Part shown: positions 1 to 8,767 of the stretch, piece by piece | Layout of the letters: each line of letters opens with the position of its first letter | How positions within the stretch are numbered: the first letter of the stretch is position 1 | Program-made: the position numbers and the translations under genes | Notes under the pieces: model-generated | Databases searched by the model: none | Told to the model about the DNA's origin: nothing | The model's input: the letters and a program-made list of their open reading frames with translations, nothing else | NCBI GenBank assembly: GCA_903929485.1 | Contig: CAIYUY010000152.1 | Location: 15,756 to 79,755 of the forward strand | Source of the DNA: an uncultured Desulfuromonadales bacterium | GTDB taxonomy: Bacteria; Desulfobacterota; Desulfuromonadia; Geobacterales; CAIOGM01 | DNA length: 64,000 bases | Direction: 5' to 3'

Positions 1-1
1 G

Positions 2-487
2 GGGGAGGATATCACCGTCATCTTTGTCAACAACACCACCTACGGCATGACTGGCGGTCAGATGGCCCCCACCACCATGGTGGGGCAGAAGACCTCCACC
101 TCGCCCTATGGGAGGGATCGGGCCAAGGATGGCTCCCCCATCAGGATGGCGGAGTTACTGGCCCAACTGGGGGGGGTCGCCTTCTCGGCTCGGGTGGCGG
201 TGAATACGCCAAAAAACCTCATGGACGCCAAGAAGCAGATAATGAATGCATTTCGCTATCAGGTTGAGGGTAAGGGCTTCTCCTTCATCGAGGCGCTCTC
301 CACCTGTCCCACCGCTTGGGGAGTCACCCCCATTCAGGCTAACGAGCGAATCGGGGGGGAGTTGATAGAATATTTCCCCCTGGGGGTGTATAAAGATACC
401 GCGCAATGGAAACCCCGGATCGCCCCGCCGGCGCCGGTGGAACAGCCGGGCGCACGAGCCTTTCCGGAGTTCATGAATGAAATATGA
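2..487 (+). CDS. korB: 2-oxoacid:ferredoxin oxidoreductase beta (TPP-binding) subunit, C-terminal part; 5' end lies outside the window
   Basis: The frame is open from the window edge. The translation GEDITVIFVNNTTYGMTGGQMAPTT...STCPTAWG resembles the C-terminal half of KorB/OorB-type subunits. It overlaps the next gene by 11 nt. Confidence 0.75.
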   Translation, partial: GEDITVIFVNNTTYGMTGGQMAPTTMVGQKTSTSPYGRDRAKDGSPIRMAELLAQLGGVAFSARVAVNTPKNLMDAKKQIMNAFRYQVEGKGFSFIEALSTCPTAWGVTPIQANERIGGELIEYFPLGVYKDTAQWKPRIAPPAPVEQPGARAFPEFMNEI

Positions 488-1019
488 CCTATTTATTGCA
501 GGTTTTGGTGGCCAGGGGGTGCTCCTTGCCGGAAATCTTCTTTCCTATGCGGCGATCATTGAAGAGAAGAACGTCTCATTTCTTCCAGCCTACGGCGTAG
601 AGAAACGGGGTGGCGCGGCCATGTGTACCGTGGTTATCGCCGATGGAGAAGTGGGATCGCCGGTGATCGGCCGACCGTCCACCTGCGTTTATCTCAATCA
701 GACCTCCCTGGAGCGGTACGGCGCCAAGGTCAAGGATGGGGGTGTCGCCATAATTAACAGTTCGCTGGTGGACGATTCCAGTTGGGATCGGGACGATCTT
801 GAGATCATCCGGATCCCCATGAACCGCATCGCCATGGAGTTGGGTGATCCCCGCATGGTGAACATGGTTGCCGCCGGCGCCTATGCCGCCAAAACCGGTG
901 CGGTGGCGCTGGAATCGCTGGAACAGGCCCTCAAGAGCGTTCTCCCGGAGCGCAATCACCGCTTCATCCCGGCAAATGTGCAGGCCATCAGGGCCGGCGC
1001 GGCAGCGGTGGGGAGATAG
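477..1019 (+). CDS. korC: 2-oxoacid:ferredoxin oxidoreductase gamma subunit
   Basis: 180 aa. The N-terminus IAGFGGQGVLLAGNLL is the typical GxGGQG motif of the pyruvate/2-oxoglutarate oxidoreductase gamma family. It is coupled to the upstream beta subunit gene. Confidence 0.75.
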   Translation: MKYDLFIAGFGGQGVLLAGNLLSYAAIIEEKNVSFLPAYGVEKRGGAAMCTVVIADGEVGSPVIGRPSTCVYLNQTSLERYGAKVKDGGVAIINSSLVDDSSWDRDDLEIIRIPMNRIAMELGDPRMVNMVAAGAYAAKTGAVALESLEQALKSVLPERNHRFIPANVQAIRAGAAAVGR

Positions 1020-1129
1020 ATATGGTACGGCATTTTACCGTGAATTATGATGCTTGAAAAAAAACGACAGAAAGATGAAAAATAGGTTTGACACCGGCGA
1101 GGGGATTTGGTATAAGGTTCTTCTACTTT

Positions 1130-1205
<76 letters not shown>

Positions 1206-1216
1206 AATAAAAACAA

Positions 1217-1250
1217 GGGTTTACGGTGATTCCGTGGACCCTTTTTTTGT
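1217..1250 (+). terminator. Rho-independent terminator after tRNA-Ala
   Basis: Imperfect hairpin GGGTTTACGG-TGATT-CCGTGGACCC followed by a T7 run. Confidence 0.6.
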
Positions 1251-1453
1251 TGTTTTTTCGTTCAAGTAACCTTACGGCACAAAAAACTTCGGAACCGGCT
1301 GCGTGGCACGACGAGCCGTCATACCGAAAGGTTTGACTAACTCTATATCTCACCTCAGTGAAACCATCCAAAACTGTCTGATTATTCTCCGTGTCTCTGT
1401 GGTGAACTGCTTTTCCGGTATTATTCGCGAAGTCGAAGGGGGGAGGATGAGCC

Positions 1454-4408
1454 ATGACAGAATTGCGGAATGAAGGGGGGCGGGATGAGGTGACGGCGCA
1501 GCGTAACTGGCTCCGGGAGCAGATGAACCCCTATTTCTTCGTCGCCATGCAGGATGAACCGGAGGCGCTGGAGATTCTTGTCCGGGAACTGGGGGCGTTG
1601 AAAAGTAACCGGCGCATCCTTCTGGCGGATCGGGATGATGCCTTTATCGTGGCCATGAAGAATCGGCCGGGAACTCTCTATGAGACCCTGCGCCGGATCG
1701 TGGAGCGGGACATCTCCTATGCCCTGTTTGCTCACTCCGCCGCGCCGCTGCCCGGTCTGGAACAGACCCTGGAGATTCAACGTTTTGAATTCCAGCGGAA
1801 GGGGAGCGCCGAGATCCTGGCGGGGAGCCACGCGGTGGCGCCGTCCGGCATCCGGAAGCGGCTCCTGGAGGAGCTGAAGTCGCACTGTCCGGAATTCGAT
1901 TTCCGTGACTTCGACCGGCTCCTGAGAATTCTTTGGCTCAATAACGAGAACTATGTCCGGATCTCCCCCATACCCCGCATCGCCCAGACGCTAAACCTCC
2001 TTCAGCAGGGGGAACGCTCCGGCGGACTTTATCTGGATCTGGAGCCCATGGGGGAGGGGGGGGAATCCAGGGTTCTCTTTGCCGTGGCCAATCCTCCCCC
2101 CAAGGAGTTCCTCCTCCAGACCATGGAACTCTTCAACCTTCTGGATCTTGGTGTCAATCGGGCCTACTGTCTCACCATCAATAACGGAGTCCACCCCTGT
2201 TTCCTGGGCACCTTCTATCTCCGCCCCCGGGACGGTTCAGTCCTGGGGAGAGAATCCGGACTCTTCACCCGCCTGCAACAGGAGCTTTACACGACCCAGA
2301 TCCTGGCGACCAACACCCCTCTCTACCGGGAGTGGGTTACCACCAGGCTCATCTCAGGCGAGGATGCGTCCCTGGTGGCAGCCTTTGGCGCCTTCTGCCA
2401 CGCCAATCTGGCCCATAACCAGCCGGATCGTTTCGGGCTGGACGATGTGCGGGGGGGATTCCATGCCAACCCGGAGATCACGCTCCGTCTGGTCAGGTTC
2501 TTCCGTCTCCGGTTCGATCCGTTCCTCATGGATCGGGATGAACTCTGTTCCCGGGAGTCGGATAGTGTGGAAGAAGCAATCGCCGGTTACGACAGCGGCC
2601 ACCGTTACCTGGATGAACTCCGTCGCTCCGTCTTCAGCTGTTGCCTGATCTTCATCCGCTACACTCTCAAAACCAATTTTTTTGTACGGGAAAAACAGGC
2701 GTTGGCTTTTCGGCTGGATCCGGCCTATTTGAAGAAGCTGGGGAGCGCGGCCATGGCCGATCTCCCTCCGGTCACACCTTATCGGGTCACCTTTTTCTTC
2801 GGCCGCTCCGGCTACGGTTTTCATATCGGTTTCTCCGACATCGCCAGGGGTGGGTGGCGGACGGTCATAGCCCGTTCTCCCGACGACTTTATCACCGGCG
2901 CCACCACCCTCTTCCGGGAGTGTTTCGTCCTGGCTCATACCCAGCAGTTGAAGAATAAGGATATTTACGAGGGGGGCTCCAAGATGGTGATGGTTCTGGA
3001 CGCCTCGGACCTGAGCCGCCGGGAAGGGGAACTGGTGACCTGGAACCTGTACAAGCAGCAGTACGGGGTTATCAATGCCTTTTTGGACATCTTTGTTACC
3101 CATGACGGCCGGGCCACTAATTCTGCCGTGGTGGATTATTACGGCGAAGACGAGCCCATCGAACTGGGACCGGACGAAAATATGCATGACTCCATGATCG
3201 AAACCATTGCCCTCCTTTCCCGGCAACGGGGATACCTCCTGGGGACCGGCCTCATCTCCAGCAAGCGTGTAGGGATCAATCACAAGGAGTATGGGGTCAC
3301 CTCCACGGGGGTGGTGAAATTTGCAGAGATTACCATGGGGGAGTTGGGGATAGATATCCGTAGCGACCCCTTCAGCGTCAAATTCACCGGCGGTCCCAAC
3401 GGCGACGTGGCCGGCAACGCCATGAGACTTATCCTGGAGCGTTCACCCCTGGCGCGGATTGTCCTGATCCTGGACGGAGCCGCCGCCCTCTTCGATCCCC
3501 TGGGGGCTGACCCCGCCGAACTCCGGCGGCTTCTCCTCAGGGAGGATCTTGATGCATATTCCCCCCAGGCGCTTCACCCCGGCGGTTTCATGATTTTTCG
3601 AAGCGGAAGCCGGAAGGAAGGGGTGCGGGAACGGTACCGAAAGGTGAGCCGCACCGTTGCCGGCCTGGTGGAGGAGTGGATCTCCATCGACGAATTTTCC
3701 CGGGAATATGCGGCGCTTCCCTTCACGGTACCGGCTGATCTCTTCATTCCGGCGGGAGGGCGACCGGAAACGATGGATGCCGCTACCTGGGAACAGTTCC
3801 TCCTCTCCGACGGAACCCCCTCCGCCAGGGTCATCATCGAGGGGGCCAACTCCTTCATCACCCCCGAGGCCCGGATCAATCTGCAGCAGCGGGGAGTTCT
3901 TGTCATGCGGGACGCCTCGGCCAACAAATGCGGAGTCATCTCTTCCTCCTTCGAGATCATCGCCAATCTCCTCCTTTCGGACGCGGAGTTTTTGGCGGAA
4001 AAGGAGCGGTACGTGCGGGATGTGCTGGAGATCCTGGAGGCGCTGTCGGAAGCCGAAGCGCGGCTTATTTTGGAGCGCCGTCGGAATAACCCCACACTTC
4101 TCTGCACGGAGATCTCAGACGCCATCAGTCAGGAGATCAACGCCAATTACGCCCGGCTCTTCAGATTTTTTCAGAGCCGCCCTGAGCTCCCGTTGCAACC
4201 TCCCTATCGCCGCGCCATCCTGGGGCATCTCCCCCGGATGCTGCGGGAAGAGCCCCGGTACAGTCGCCGGATACGCCGACTGCCGCAAAAATACCTCTCC
4301 GCCATCCTGGCCGCCCAGATCGGTTCATCCATGGTTTACCGGGAGAATCAGGGGCGAACGGTGGAAGATGAGGTCCGGATCTACTTGGCGCGAAACTTCC
4401 CGCCTTGA
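1454..4408 (+). CDS. Large-form NAD-specific glutamate dehydrogenase (about 110 kDa class, Bac_GDH-like)
   Basis: 984 aa. GGAGGA lies 8 nt upstream of the ATG. Catalytic-core motifs (GGSKMVM, GPDENM, GINHKEYGVTSTG, GGPNGDVAGN) resemble large bacterial GDHs. Confidence 0.6.
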   Translation: MTELRNEGGRDEVTAQRNWLREQMNPYFFVAMQDEPEALEILVRELGALKSNRRILLADRDDAFIVAMKNRPGTLYETLRRIVERDISYALFAHSAAPLPGLEQTLEIQRFEFQRKGSAEILAGSHAVAPSGIRKRLLEELKSHCPEFDFRDFDRLLRILWLNNENYVRISPIPRIAQTLNLLQQGERSGGLYLDLEPMGEGGESRVLFAVANPPPKEFLLQTMELFNLLDLGVNRAYCLTINNGVHPCFLGTFYLRPRDGSVLGRESGLFTRLQQELYTTQILATNTPLYREWVTTRLISGEDASLVAAFGAFCHANLAHNQPDRFGLDDVRGGFHANPEITLRLVRFFRLRFDPFLMDRDELCSRESDSVEEAIAGYDSGHRYLDELRRSVFSCCLIFIRYTLKTNFFVREKQALAFRLDPAYLKKLGSAAMADLPPVTPYRVTFFFGRSGYGFHIGFSDIARGGWRTVIARSPDDFITGATTLFRECFVLAHTQQLKNKDIYEGGSKMVMVLDASDLSRREGELVTWNLYKQQYGVINAFLDIFVTHDGRATNSAVVDYYGEDEPIELGPDENMHDSMIETIALLSRQRGYLLGTGLISSKRVGINHKEYGVTSTGVVKFAEITMGELGIDIRSDPFSVKFTGGPNGDVAGNAMRLILERSPLARIVLILDGAAALFDPLGADPAELRRLLLREDLDAYSPQALHPGGFMIFRSGSRKEGVRERYRKVSRTVAGLVEEWISIDEFSREYAALPFTVPADLFIPAGGRPETMDAATWEQFLLSDGTPSARVIIEGANSFITPEARINLQQRGVLVMRDASANKCGVISSSFEIIANLLLSDAEFLAEKERYVRDVLEILEALSEAEARLILERRRNNPTLLCTEISDAISQEINANYARLFRFFQSRPELPLQPPYRRAILGHLPRMLREEPRYSRRIRRLPQKYLSAILAAQIGSSMVYRENQGRTVEDEVRIYLARNFPP

Positions 4409-4414
4409 ATCAAT

Positions 4415-4915
4415 CTAGAGAATGTGCAGGGTGTCGTCATGGGATGGAGGGATATATTTTCGCTTTAACCCCTGCAGCCCCTGTCGGGTGAAGAGGTTCT
4501 CCATGTTCTCGTCGGCCAGGAGATCACCCATCTCTGCTTCCAGTTGTTCCGGATCGGCGCCTGACTCCAGTCGACGGATCGCCTCCTCCATGGGGCCCAG
4601 CTTCATCCCGGTGGCGTCGGAGAGCTTGCGCATGAACCGCGCCATGGCTCGGGGATCATTTTCGTCCACCCCTTCCATCTCGCCGGCCAAGGAGATCATG
4701 GCCCGCTCCAGTTTCTCATCGTCCATGTCCGGCATGCCGGGGATCGACTCTTCCGATTCCTGCCGATTTTTAGACACGGCAAAGGCCGACACTTGCCGTT
4801 CCAGTCCCGCCCTGCCGCAGCGGGGACAGTCGGGCTGTTTCTCCGTATTCACCCGTCGGGAGAGAAAGTTGAAGATGGTGTGACAGTCGTTGCAATAAAA
4901 TTCATAGACCGGCAT
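4415..4915 (-). CDS. FmdB-family zinc-ribbon protein (CxxC...CxxC) with an acidic C-terminal tail
   Basis: I chose the internal start MPVYEFYCNDCHTIF...CPRCG because GAGGAGG lies about 8 nt upstream. The N-terminus is the classic FmdB/CxxC_CxxC_SSSS pattern. Confidence 0.7.
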   Translation of the reverse strand: MPVYEFYCNDCHTIFNFLSRRVNTEKQPDCPRCGRAGLERQVSAFAVSKNRQESEESIPGMPDMDDEKLERAMISLAGEMEGVDENDPRAMARFMRKLSDATGMKLGPMEEAIRRLESGADPEQLEAEMGDLLADENMENLFTRQGLQGLKRKYIPPSHDDTLHIL

Positions 4916-5392
4916 GGCGCGAGCCTCCTCTTGGTAGTTTTTCTCCCTGGCACTCTTGTGTGGAAACATAATGGCTCACCGGGTTCCGGTCAAGGAAAAA
5001 AAGATCCCATTGGCAAATGGTAATATCCATGCTACGTCAAATAGCCGGTAATAATTTCTGTGTGTCGCGCTTTCGCGTATCGTTACAGAATTGTTACGTT
5101 TTGTGTACGGCTTCAATCAAATGTTTACTCATGGCGCGAGGCCTGCCGGGATATGAGCGCCTGGAAACTGTTGATATCCGGATGAATTTTCATGGCACGT
5201 GAATATAAATCAAGTAACTGGACAGGGATAGCCATGGTGCAAGTTTTGGGCGTATTTATTGCATGAGTGCGTTCGCTCCCCACCGTTGAGTGGGCGTGCT
5301 CAATGAGGCTGTTTCGTTTGTATTCGCGGATAGTCGCCGGTAATTGAACGTTTCCCAAAGGAGAAGAAAATGGTAAAAAAAGGAGAATATGT

Positions 5393-8300
5393 ATGTTGAG
5401 GAAAGTAGTGCTCTGGACTCTCTTGTCGCTCTTGCTCCCCACTCTATCCATGGCGGCGGTAACCCTTTACAAGGTTAAATATGTGGCTTCACCGGTAACG
5501 GGCGGTTCGGTTTCGGCTCCGGACACACGCAACCCGTATCCCACCTCCAGCGCGGCTGGCGCCCGATTCAGGGTAATGCCCAATTTTGGCCAAAAAATCC
5601 TCCTTGTTTCCCTTACCAACCCGGCCGATGGAGTCATCACGTATGATCCCAATTATGTCACCAACGGCTATTTCACGGTGGTCCCCACCAAGGATACGAC
5701 CCTGACAGTCACCTTTGGCGTCGCTCCCTCCGCGGTCTACGCCAACGCGGGTCCGGCCAAGAATCTCGTCGGATTGGGAAGCGGCAAGACGGTCTCCCTC
5801 GGGGGTACCGCCTCCAGCGTTCCCACCATTTCCGGTCTGCTCTTTGCGTACCAATGGACGGTTTCCGACTCCAACGGGCACTTTACCGCTCCCAACAGCG
5901 CGACCACCGGTTTCTATGCCGACGTTCCGGGCTCATATGTACCGGTATTGGTGGTCACGGCAGCCGGTAAAACCAGTGCTCCGTCCCAGACCGTGGTGGA
6001 CGTCGTCACCAACACCAACCTTGATTCCATCGCCTGTATTTCTTGCCACAATGCACGTTCCCCCCTGGTTGTCGCAGGGTACAAATCGTCCAAACATAAT
6101 ACCGGCAGCAACCCCACGGCGCCCAGTTGCCAGAGTTGCCACACCGTCGCCAATCCCACCGCCACTCACCCGGCAAACCTCGTCCCCTTTGCGACTCTGG
6201 GAAATGTCTGCCTCAACTGTCACAACGACGGCTTCGGCAATGTTCCGCTGCATCCGGTGGCCATCGGGGTGCGGCTCTGCATCTACTGCCATGATCCCCA
6301 CACGACAGCGGCCACTGACCCCGACATTCAGGGGACGGTCCACTTCAATAATGTTACCAGCGGTGCGTACCCCGCTTCCTACGTGACGTCCCGCGCCACC
6401 TGCTATGATTGCCATATTGATACGGCAGCCAACGCCACCATTCGCGGTCAGTGGGCCCGGACGGGGCACGCTAACGTGAAAAGCCCCGCCTGGACAACCT
6501 ACGACTTCAAGACCCGGGCCGGCTGCGTCCAGTGCCACACAACCACCGGCTTCATCGCTTACTCCACCGGAAAGGTCACCGGCGCCTGGGGCCTGGCCGC
6601 GGATAAGAGCAAGGAGATGGTTACCTGCGTCGCCTGCCACAATGACGTTCCCGCCGGCGCACTCAGGTCGGTTACTCCCATCAAGCCTTACGCCGATGAC
6701 AGTTACGTGAATCGTAACGTGGGCCCCTCCAACCTCTGCGTGGATTGCCACGGCGGCCGGAATAACGGCAAAAGCGTCAAGAGCGCCGACTTCACCAATC
6801 AGGCATTTGTTTCACCCCACTACATGGCCGCGGCCGGACTCCTTCATGGTCAGGGTGGCTACAACTTCCCCGGTTACTCCTTCTACTCCTCCAACAGCCA
6901 CCGGAAAGTCGGAATCGGCGCCACCATGGGGACCGGTATCGCCGGACCCTGCGTGGCATGTCACATGTCCGCCCCCGCCAAGCATCTCTACAGAGCGGTC
7001 TCCACCGATACCGGCGGCATCATAACAAGCATCGACACAACCCTCTGCGCCAACTGCCACAACAGCTCACTGTCCGTGGAGAGCCTGAAGGCAAATCAGG
7101 CGACATTCGATAACGCCCTCTCCGTCCTTACCGCGGCGCTCTCAGCCAAGGGTTTTGTCTATTCGTCCAATTATCCCTACTTCGTCAACACCAACTGGGG
7201 GGCCGGTACCGCCGGCGCCAACAGCATGGGGGCGGCGTTCAATTATGTCCTCCTCACCCATGAGCCGGCCGCCTACGCCCATAACCCGGCTTATGCCAAA
7301 CAGCTGGCAATGGACTCCATCGATGCAGCCTATCATGACGGGACACTCACCGGCTCCATCGATGATGTCCTCGCCGCACTGGTGGGAGAAGGGAAGATCT
7401 CCCAGGCCCAGGCCGACTCCCTTACCAGCTACAAGTCCGCCGGTAACTGCGCCTCATGTCACACCAACAACACGGGGAGCCATACCAAACATCTGAACTC
7501 CCTGATGGGCGCCAACGCCATCGGTTGTGTCGACTGCCACAAGAACACCGCGGCGTCCAATACGGCCCTGGTTCCGGGAACCACCAAGCATCTCAACGGC
7601 ATGGTGGATGTGATCTTCTCCGGCGCCGGTAGTTACGCCGCCGGGAGCTGCGGCGCCGTCTATTGCCACTCAAACGGCGCCGCAACCTACAGCTCTCCGG
7701 TCTGGGGCGGAAGCCCGCTGAACTGCGGCTCCTGCCATCCCCTGGCGTCACTGCGGGGAGCTCACGCCGCCCACATCGGCGGAGTCATCCCGGCCTACGG
7801 CGATACCGCCAACTCCTCCACCGCCGCGGAATATCGCTTCGGTTGCGGTAGCTGTCACCCCACCGACATTGCCGGTCATGGCAACGGTCATATCGACGTG
7901 ACCCTCGTGCCGACGAATGACGGCACGTTACGGAGCAAGAATGATCCCGCCGTTCTCATCGGCGGCATCGGCAACAGCGGCAGCGGCATCACCGGCGCCT
8001 CCGGCGCCACGGTTGTCTGCTCCGCTGCCTACTGCCACAGTAATGGTGGCGTCGGCGCCGCCCTGGTCTATGTCGCTTCTCCCAACTGGTACGGCGGTTC
8101 CTATTCCGGCGACAGATGCGCCATGTGTCATGGCAATGCTCCCGCCACCGGCGCCCACGGCAAGCACGGGGTCGGCATCCATTCAGGTCTCATCTCCGAC
8201 AGCGACGGGAATCTTATTCCGGCCGGCGCGGCCCCCGGCACGGTGTCCGGCCATGGTGACCCTGTTCAGTCCACCACCATCAGCTGCGGCACCTGCCACA

Positions 8301-8674
8301 GCGCCACGGTGACCAACAGCGCCAACGACAAGGGGGCTGCCTGCAGCTCCTGCCATACCGCCATTGCCAAGGGAACACCCGTTCTGGACAAGACCATGCA
8401 CCTTAACGGCACGGTGAATGTGGCGTTCAAGGATGTGAAGATCATCACCAAGGCCCAGATCGAACCGGCAAGCTTCGGCGTTTATTCCACCTGCTGGACC
8501 AGAACCGGTTCCTCCTACAAGGTCGGCGCCGGCTCATTTGATACCGCCCGGAGCAGCCTGAATCAGGCGACTTTCGCCGGGGATAAGAGCTGCGCCAATG
8601 TGGCCTGCCACAACGGCGGCACTCCCAAGTGGAGCGACAAGCTCCATTGCGTGAGCTGCCATTCGGCGCTCTGA
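5393..8674 (+). CDS. Secreted multihaem c-type cytochrome: 18 CxxCH plus 3 CxxxxCH motifs, with an N-terminal Ig/PKD-like region
   Basis: Signal peptide MLRKVVLWTLLSLLLPTLSMAAV. I counted the haem motifs by hand in the translation. The C-terminal third carries three CxxxxCH...CxxCH pairs (CGAVYCH/CGSCH, CSAAYCH/CAMCH, CANVACH/CVSCH), the pattern of the Geobacter C4xCH/C2xCH domain family. Confidence 0.9.
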   Translation: MLRKVVLWTLLSLLLPTLSMAAVTLYKVKYVASPVTGGSVSAPDTRNPYPTSSAAGARFRVMPNFGQKILLVSLTNPADGVITYDPNYVTNGYFTVVPTKDTTLTVTFGVAPSAVYANAGPAKNLVGLGSGKTVSLGGTASSVPTISGLLFAYQWTVSDSNGHFTAPNSATTGFYADVPGSYVPVLVVTAAGKTSAPSQTVVDVVTNTNLDSIACISCHNARSPLVVAGYKSSKHNTGSNPTAPSCQSCHTVANPTATHPANLVPFATLGNVCLNCHNDGFGNVPLHPVAIGVRLCIYCHDPHTTAATDPDIQGTVHFNNVTSGAYPASYVTSRATCYDCHIDTAANATIRGQWARTGHANVKSPAWTTYDFKTRAGCVQCHTTTGFIAYSTGKVTGAWGLAADKSKEMVTCVACHNDVPAGALRSVTPIKPYADDSYVNRNVGPSNLCVDCHGGRNNGKSVKSADFTNQAFVSPHYMAAAGLLHGQGGYNFPGYSFYSSNSHRKVGIGATMGTGIAGPCVACHMSAPAKHLYRAVSTDTGGIITSIDTTLCANCHNSSLSVESLKANQATFDNALSVLTAALSAKGFVYSSNYPYFVNTNWGAGTAGANSMGAAFNYVLLTHEPAAYAHNPAYAKQLAMDSIDAAYHDGTLTGSIDDVLAALVGEGKISQAQADSLTSYKSAGNCASCHTNNTGSHTKHLNSLMGANAIGCVDCHKNTAASNTALVPGTTKHLNGMVDVIFSGAGSYAAGSCGAVYCHSNGAATYSSPVWGGSPLNCGSCHPLASLRGAHAAHIGGVIPAYGDTANSSTAAEYRFGCGSCHPTDIAGHGNGHIDVTLVPTNDGTLRSKNDPAVLIGGIGNSGSGITGASGATVVCSAAYCHSNGGVGAALVYVASPNWYGGSYSGDRCAMCHGNAPATGAHGKHGVGIHSGLISDSDGNLIPAGAAPGTVSGHGDPVQSTTISCGTCHSATVTNSANDKGAACSSCHTAIAKGTPVLDKTMHLNGTVNVAFKDVKIITKAQIEPASFGVYSTCWTRTGSSYKVGAGSFDTARSSLNQATFAGDKSCANVACHNGGTPKWSDKLHCVSCHSAL

Positions 8675-8686
8675 TGACGTGAACCT

Positions 8687-8713
8687 GCCGGCCCGCGAAA
8701 AGAGCGGGCCGGC
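8687..8713 (+). other. Intercistronic GC-rich hairpin between the two cytochrome genes
   Basis: Perfect 10-bp stem GCCGGCCCGC/GCGGGCCGGC with a 7-nt loop GAAAAGA. No U-tract follows. Confidence 0.5.
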
Positions 8714-8767
8714 TTCACCGTAAACGTATCCCTAATTACTCAATACGACAAAAGAGGGTCGATCACC

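Noticed and set aside
5012-5120. GEMM-I (c-di-GMP/cGAMP) riboswitch-like string GGCAAA...ACGUCAAAUAGCC upstream of the cytochrome gene
   Set aside because: The first stem would be only about 4 bp and has no GNRA loop. The ACGCAAAGC core is interrupted. The second stem needs a 60-nt insertion. This is too weak to call without a covariance-model hit.
5193-5208. TGGCAC hexamer as a sigma-54 promoter (a second one is at 1304..1319)
   Set aside because: The -12 position lacks the GC dinucleotide at the required spacing (TGGCAC-GTGAA-TATAA and TGGCAC-GACGA-GCCG).
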